From NCBI RefSeq assembly GCF_009914755.1, contig NC_060942.1: a stretch of DNA of 64,000 nt, one strand, 5' to 3'. A program made the translations under genes and the position numbers. Source of the stretch: the human T2T-CHM13v2.0 reference genome, Homo sapiens. Each line of letters starts with the position of its first letter. The stretch's first letter is position 1. The notes beneath the pieces are model-generated. The model made no database searches and was not told where the DNA came from. It saw only the letters and a program-made list of their open reading frames with translations. Below, in pieces: positions 56,285 to 64,000 of this stretch.

Positions 56285-56580
56285 AAATATATACATATGA
56301 ACACATATGTGCATACATACATGCATACTTGTGTGTGTGTGCGCTTGAGTATATATACATGTGTGTATTTATTTTGTTAATTTTATCTCATTTTTATAAT
56401 AGAGTTATATCTATTATAAATATATAAATATTTAAATTATTACAATTTATATGTTAAAGATAATATATTAAATGTATTGAATATTGGATATGATTTAATA
56501 CAATAAGGAAATTATATGTGTATTTATGTATATTTATTATTTTGTATTACACTTTATACATTATGTTATTTTAATAAACT
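56285..56580. repeat. (CA/TA/TG) and AT-rich low complexity
   Basis: Composition. Confidence 0.8.
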
Positions 56581-56699
56581 ACAGGCTGGAACAAGACATC
56601 AAGCCTATGGGTAAGTGTAAAGGTCAGCTGTTGGAATCAAAATTTATCTGGAAGAAAATGTGACTAAAAAGAGACATTATATAAAGAACTGGAGTTCTA

Positions 56700-56910
56700 C
56701 TGTGCTCAAGATCAGTCAGCAGGGTGATGATGAGGTTGGGAGACTGAATATGATATTCAGAAAGCAAGCCAGGAGGCCAACCTAGCCTGGGCCGGTCAGC
56801 CCCATGCGGAGCATCTGGATGCCACAGCACGTGAGGGCGAGAGGAGACCCTCAAACCGAGGCACACTTGAGGCTGGCCATCAGGACTGCGGTGAGTCCAG
56901 AAACTGTTTG
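56700..56910 (+). mobile_element. CR1/L3 LINE relic
   Basis: AGTCAGCAGGGTGATG...GGTCAGCCCCATGCGGAG...CTGGATGCCACA...GTCCAGAAAC resembles L3 3' ORF2. Confidence 0.4.
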
Positions 56911-57454
56911 ACACAGTGAGTGACTGTAAGAAGAGTTATTCTATACCAATAATTCAATAGGGACATTGTTAAAATATAGAATTGTGAGGAAATTTTATGT
57001 ATGGGTTTATGAAAAAACAAAAGTGTGTAAAGGGAAGTTTAGCAAAATGCTAAATAACCTGCTGGAAATATTTTCAACCAAACTCCCTATTTTGAAGACT
57101 CTTCTTTTAGTAAGGACTAATCTGATGTCAGACCTTTTAAGAACAGTAATGATGTCAGACATTTTAAGAACAGTCATAAGATATTCTGTACCCAAAGTTC
57201 TTTGAAGTCAGGACTGCAAGGTCATTGATGTAAGCAGCAGACCTACAAATTACTCACCCCCAAAAGTGCCCGTGCCACATAGAGCATCTCCATGTTCAGG
57301 AAGCATGTGGGCATCCCAGAGGGTGTATGGGAAAGCCATTAAGAAAACAAACTACTTTTCCCAAGGACTCCTTCCTGAAGCAATGACTGAATTTGTATTT
57401 GAATATAACTTGCTTTTTCCCCAGCAAGAGCATGATGGCGTTGTGTGTGTGCCT

Positions 57455-57484
57455 GAGAGAGAGAGAAAGAGAGAGAGAGAGAGC
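57455..57484 (+). repeat. (GA)n microsatellite
   Basis: GAGAGAGAGAGAAAGAGAGAGAGAGAGAG. Confidence 0.9.
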
Positions 57485-57489
57485 GCACC

Positions 57490-58150
57490 AGTGAGGATGA
57501 TCTGAATTTACCATCTCTTCCTGAAAACTCACTTCCATTATGCTGTCCTCTTGATGAGAAATGTCACCATCTGCTCAATTTCTTTGTAGAAATCTGACAG
57601 TCACCCTTGATCCCTCCATCTCCCTTGCCGCTCCCATGTACAATTAATGATAAATCTCTCTCAGTTCACTCCCCTAAATGCCACTCCAAATTTTGACCTC
57701 TTAAACCTGCACTGCCAGGACCTTAGTTTAGGCTTTTCAGCACTTCCCACCTGGGTTCCTACAGCAGCCTTCTAATGGATCCCTACCTTCAAAATTGAGC
57801 CCCTTTCCCTCCATCCTCCTCTCTGCCACCAAAGTAATTTTTCTAAAAGGCAAATCCAAGCACATCCCAACTCTCATTAAAATCCTTTGGAAGTTCCCTG
57901 TACAACCCAAACCCAGCTCCTTACAGGGCACGAAGGGCCCTTTCTGACCCAAACCCATCCACCCACCTTCGCATCACCGCTCACCCTCCGACCTGCAGAA
58001 GCAGAAGCTCCACCCACACCCTGCCCTCCTGAAGCTCTCGCCACACCACGTGCCACTCCACATCCCCAAGTTGGCAAGCTCGCGTCTTCTTCCAGCTGTG
58101 CCATCTCCACACCTCTTTGCTCAACCAACTCCTTATAATGTACTCCACGT
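57490..58150 (+). mobile_element. L2 LINE fragment
   Basis: CAGCAGCCTTCTAATGG...TCCATCCTCCTCTCTGCCACCAAAGTAATTTTTCTAAAAGGCAAATC. Confidence 0.7.
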
Positions 58151-58199
58151 ATGCACCTCTATGCTTAGCCCTTTCTCTAGATTTCTAGGCTCTCAACAA

Positions 58200-58510
58200 G
58201 TAAATGACAATGAGTAATTGAAGACTTGGGTCTAATTGTACTACGGAGGTTAGAACTAGGTGTGTGGATATCTGGAGAGGTGTAAAGAAATAAATTTGAA
58301 AGAAAGGACATCTCCCGAGGAAACCCATCAGCCAGGGAGAGTGAGAAGAGGGTCCAAGGCAGCGGACTGGGAATGCCTACGTTAAAGAGCCAGCCATAAA
58401 GGATGGCTCTCCCAAGTTGAATAGAAATCGAATTGAGAAGGTGTCATAAATTCCGAAATCAGGAGTCCCTAAGTGACCTTTCAAAAATGAGTTTCAATAG
58501 TGGAGGTAAC
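58200..58510 (-). mobile_element. L2 fragment
   Basis: CAGGGAGAGTGAGAAGAGGGTCCAAGG...GTGACCTT...GAGTTTCAATAGTGG. Confidence 0.5.
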
Positions 58511-58554
58511 AGTTTTTAATCTTTTCCCTCTCTTCTTTTGAAAATATCATTATT

Positions 58555-58855
<301 letters not shown>

Positions 58856-59773
58856 TTCATTATTAATGTCCCTTGAGTCTCTGAGCTTTTCATTTCCACT
58901 ATTGTCCATATGTTATTGAAACCTACCGCCACAGATATTCCCATACAAGTACACAGGACTTAATTCTTGTAAATCTGTCATAACTAGAGACAAATCGCCT
59001 CCTTGGACAATTTGGGATAGTTTACTCAAAGATAGCCTTCCTAATTATCAAGACTATATACAATTCCCGTTTTATCATAGACAATGCCAGCTTTTCCCTA
59101 CCACTGAAACATTTCTTAGTTGTCAATTACATACACATGATTTCTTGAGCTGATTTTTTTTCCTTTTTTTTTTTTTTGGCTATTGCCTGAATAGTTGAAA
59201 CTTTTTCTTGTCCTCTAAATAAAATGCTAATGAAGACTTGCTAACCACATCTTACCTTGCCATGGTTTGAATTCATATTCCTATTCTAAACTTTCCAAAT
59301 TTGCAGTCACTTTTCCAAGATAACTGTTTCTTCCCATTTACGTCTACAATTAATTAGAGCACTGTATCTCCCAGGTTTACTCTTTCCATTTGAAGATAAT
59401 GAATCGTATTTTTCAAATTTTTTCCAACTAGGTGGAGTCACCACTGAGCTTCTCTGGCAGGCTTTGCCCCGTCTTCAGCTAGTTCTTCAGGAGTAAGCTG
59501 AAGCATAGCACACATGTAGTATTTTTATAAATTTGAATTGTCAAAACTATGTGCCTTGGACTTATACCATTGACTTGTTGAGGATGCCCCAGCCCACGTG
59601 ATTTTGCTGGACCATGCCTCATGTATGGTATGATACCAGCTCTCCATATATCTTCCCTTGGTAAAGGTCCTTGGGTTGAAAGCCACCTCTCTTAAATCAA
59701 TACAAAATAACTTTTTCCCTTTTGTCTCCTTTTCTCATGCCTGCTCCCATCGTTCTAGCTCTGCTCCTTGGGT

Positions 59774-60095
<322 letters not shown>

Positions 60096-61787
60096 AGATT
60101 TTCTTCATAGTCACTGAAGTAGACAGTCTAGGGGTCTGAGTCTTTGCATCCCAAGTCTGCTGGTTATCCTCTTCTCCCAAGCTCTTCACAACTGGCCTAT
60201 TCCCACCCTCGCCTTGGTGTCTGGCTGCTCCTCACACTGTCCTGGGTTTTCTGGATTGCTTCTAGGGTCCGTAGACAACTCTCTCCCTCATGTCACCTGG
60301 TTTTCAGTCACACCACAGGATGGCTATTATTCCAGGCTTACATCCCCTCCCTTAAGATAAACTTTCCCCACTGGGTAACTCCAGGGATGTGAAACCCAGT
60401 TTTCTTTTACAAATTTTAAATTGAACTCTCAGGGGGTTTTTGCAAGATGCTGCCAAACTGGCTTGTGGAAACTAGACTCTTTAAAAACTGCTTGAAATTC
60501 AGAGTTTCCTCCATATGGTTGTTCATTGCCTCAAACTATTTTTCAGCAGAGGCATTTTTCTTACATGAATACAAATATCAAACACTTTAATGGGAACATT
60601 AAATCTGGCTTCACTTGGTTCTCCCAACTGCCACAGGTCTTTCGTTGAACACCCTGACAGGCACACTACTTCTTTAGTTGCCTTTTTGTAAGGATCTTGT
60701 TTATAAAAATCTATGATATTAAAGGGTTTCTTTTCCCCTTGAGTTATATGGCCAAGGGTAATTTATACTTAATTATTTTGATTCAGGTTGAAAGACTATG
60801 GAATTCAGAAATCATCAAGTTTCATTATCTGTTGTCAAGAGGAACAGCAGCTGTGAATTCTAGAGTGAATGGCTATGTGGGCCGTGAGGGGTGAGGTTTG
60901 TCAAAATATCAGATGGGTTTTATATTCTTTTATTCCTTTTGGTTGTGTTTCTAAGAATAAATACTATTCTCATTTTCTTTTGGAGTAAGTGTCTCATCAT
61001 TTTTCTTTTTAAATTTACACTATGACCATACAAATCTTATAATTCCAAAATATTAACAGCATCACCTCTAATTCAATATTAAATGAAAAGTCATAATTAC
61101 TGGAAGGAAAACTAAAACCTCTTAGATTTCTAATGAGAATAGAATGCTAGAGGAGTTTGCTTAAAGAAGATTTTTGAAAGCAGGTAGCCATGATCAGCTC
61201 CCTATACAGCCCCAAGGAAAGACTCTTGAGCCCCAGATAGCGCCTAAGGGGAGCAGTTTAACCCCCACACCTCAGGGTCTACATCAAAAGGGGATGCTGT
61301 GCTTCGCTCTCCAGCAAGCTGTTCCAGGAGACGATATGCAAATAACAAAGTCACAAAGAACCAGTGCTGTGACAAGTGAAATGTGTCACATGCCCTTCAC
61401 TCAAAATCATGAACTATAAACTTGATCAAGACCTAACTCGTTAAAAAAAATTTAATAGACCTTTGAAGTCCCACTTCAGGCTGCTGCTTCAGAATCTCTG
61501 TTTACATCCCATTCTTTCTCCTCCTTCTCAATCCACATCTTCCTACCTCTTGCTTTCTACTGAATTCCTACCTCCTCTTGCTAAAGCCATGAGTTCATCA
61601 ACTCTGGAGTTAAATTTTCTGGCATAAAACCCCACTGTACAGTAACTGACCATACTGCCAATGTAGAAATGTCTCAAGAACATGTCCCTTGAGACGTGGA
61701 GCTCCTAAAACAACAGTCCTAGGAGGCATCAACTGTAGGTGTGGGTAGATCTGGAGCCACTCAGTGAAGAAACTGATCCTGGAGTCA

Positions 61788-62169
<382 letters not shown>

Positions 62170-63499
62170 GTGAGTGCATGCTTTTTTAAGCCATTAACTT
62201 TAGAGCTACGAATATGGTGGACATGTTTTCCTCTTTTCCCCTCTCCTACTTTGCCAGCTTGACATGATGGTTGAAGTAAACCCATCCAGTAAATCCTGAT
62301 GTGTGGCAAGAATGAATGTGTGTGACTTTTACAGCTGTCAGAATTTAATGCTGTTCAGCAAATGCAGTCTGGTTTTTCAGGTGTAGTCGTGATTACAGAC
62401 AGCCTTGTCAGATCGCTTGCATTATGTCCTTTTAGAATTGCTACCTCCATCAAATCTGATCTTCTTTCACTTCAGCCTATCACAGAGTCAGCTATGCAAA
62501 TGCACATAAATACATGACACTTTCCATGGTCTCCTAGCAAAGACAGTAATACAGAAAAGCTGCCCCCTCAAACATTAGAATAATGCAATTCCTATTTAGA
62601 AGACAAACTACAATTGTTAATAGCACTAAAAATAAATCAGAATGCATGAAAGTGGATATACTGCGAGCAGACAGATGGCAATCATCCATTCAAAGGAAAT
62701 TCTCAGGGATTCATTAATTGTCTGGAGAAGGAAGATCGTGTCATAATCGGGCCAGAATCTTGTTTGAAAAAGAGATACACATACATCCAAATCAGATCTA
62801 TCAATATCATTGTATTTCATGGCTTCTATTGGTAGGTGCTATTTAATTGATTCTTTATATGCAACAGTCAGACTTATAACTCAGGAAAGTGTCTCAGTGT
62901 TTGCCTTTTGACTGAATGTTCACGTTATTTGCTGCCAGAAGCTTTGCACATTGTCATGGGGAAAAGTCAGTCTTCACGCTATTTGACATTAACATAAACT
63001 CCTAAGTGTAAGTTTCATTTTCCATCAAGAAAGAATAGACCATGAACATTTTTCACGCAAGAGGCCATACCTTCTACTCCTTTCGTAAGTCGCCCCTGGA
63101 TAAAACGCAGTCCTCTATCTGCAGAGGCACTTGATAAATGTCACCGACGAATTCATTCGCCGTCAGGTGACAACAGTGAGAATAGAGACCAAATGACAAT
63201 AGGGAACAGGAGATGGCAGTGGGGTGAGGGTGAGAAGGGATAAGGTTTCAGATGCTCTTATTCTCTGACTTGCTGTAAATATCATCTCATTGATCATAAT
63301 GCCACTTAGAGTTGCAGAATGAACTACTTCGAACGGCCCCTGATTGGCTAATTGTATAATTTTATTCCAACGGAGACCCTCTGGTTCAACACTGAGGCAC
63401 ACGGGAGTATTCGTTGAGAGCTAAACATCTTAACCACCTTGAAATGTAACCATTTGCCTACTACTTCACAGGGCGCAACTGACAAGTCCTTCATGGCCA

Positions 63500-63740
63500 G
63501 TAACACCAGATGCAGAGCCAGAAAACAAGACGTCAAGTCCCAACTTGCTCACTTAGCCGACCTTTGGCAAGTCATCGTCTCACCCAGTCTCTGTTTCCTT
63601 TTTTGTGTAAATGAATGAGATTGTAATTATCCTAGATCACAGCAAAGAACGGGTGTGAGGATCAATGTGTGGCACTGTCAATATGGACACAGGCCACAAA
63701 GTGCTATGAAATGTACAAGCTTATTGTTAGCTTGCTATGT
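63500..63740 (+). mobile_element. MIR SINE
   Basis: CAAGTCCCAACTTGCTCACTTAG...TTGGCAAGTCA...TCTGTTTCCTT...GTGAGGATCAATG. Confidence 0.65.
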
Positions 63741-64000
63741 GTGTGCACGCACATACACACATGCACACCTACATGCATTGCAATAACAGCAAGTTCAGCA
63801 GGGTCATTCACATGGAAGGGAAGAAGCATCCACTGGGCCCGGAGGCAGGGAGGAACTTACTGGCAGGAGCAACAAGTCAAGCCCCAGTGGGAGGTGACGG
63901 TGGCCTCTAGAGAAGTATATGGAAACACTATGGTTTCAGGAATGAGCACATAAAGTGTATTCATGGAGGAGAACGAATTAATTTTAGAGTTTTAGGTATT

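Overview
Primate (probably human or great ape; an AluY is present) non-coding genomic DNA, intergenic or deep intronic, dominated by interspersed repeats. I find no credible protein-coding gene, tRNA, rRNA or CRISPR array, and I cannot name the locus. The longer ORFs in the track derive from Alu, L1, ERV or low-complexity sequence. Contents: 11 Alus, several L1 generations (including an L1PA4/5-type insertion with a textbook twin-priming inversion and a 15-bp TSD), L2/MIR/CR1 relics, MaLR and ERV LTRs, DNA-transposon MITEs (MADE1, MER30, MER5, MER53, Tigger3), and a decayed ~5.4-kb class III (ERV-L family, LTR16-type) provirus on the minus strand at ~23.3-28.6 kb. The most unusual structures are inside that provirus: a 45-bp (15-codon) minisatellite amplified from pol that keeps two minus-strand frames open, and a ~150-bp copy of the 5' LTR pasted into the internal region. 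There are also many short tandem duplications and a few candidate regulatory islands. I see no convincing evidence of a new biological system. Repeat subfamily names come from recalled consensus motifs, and boundaries of old elements are approximate.
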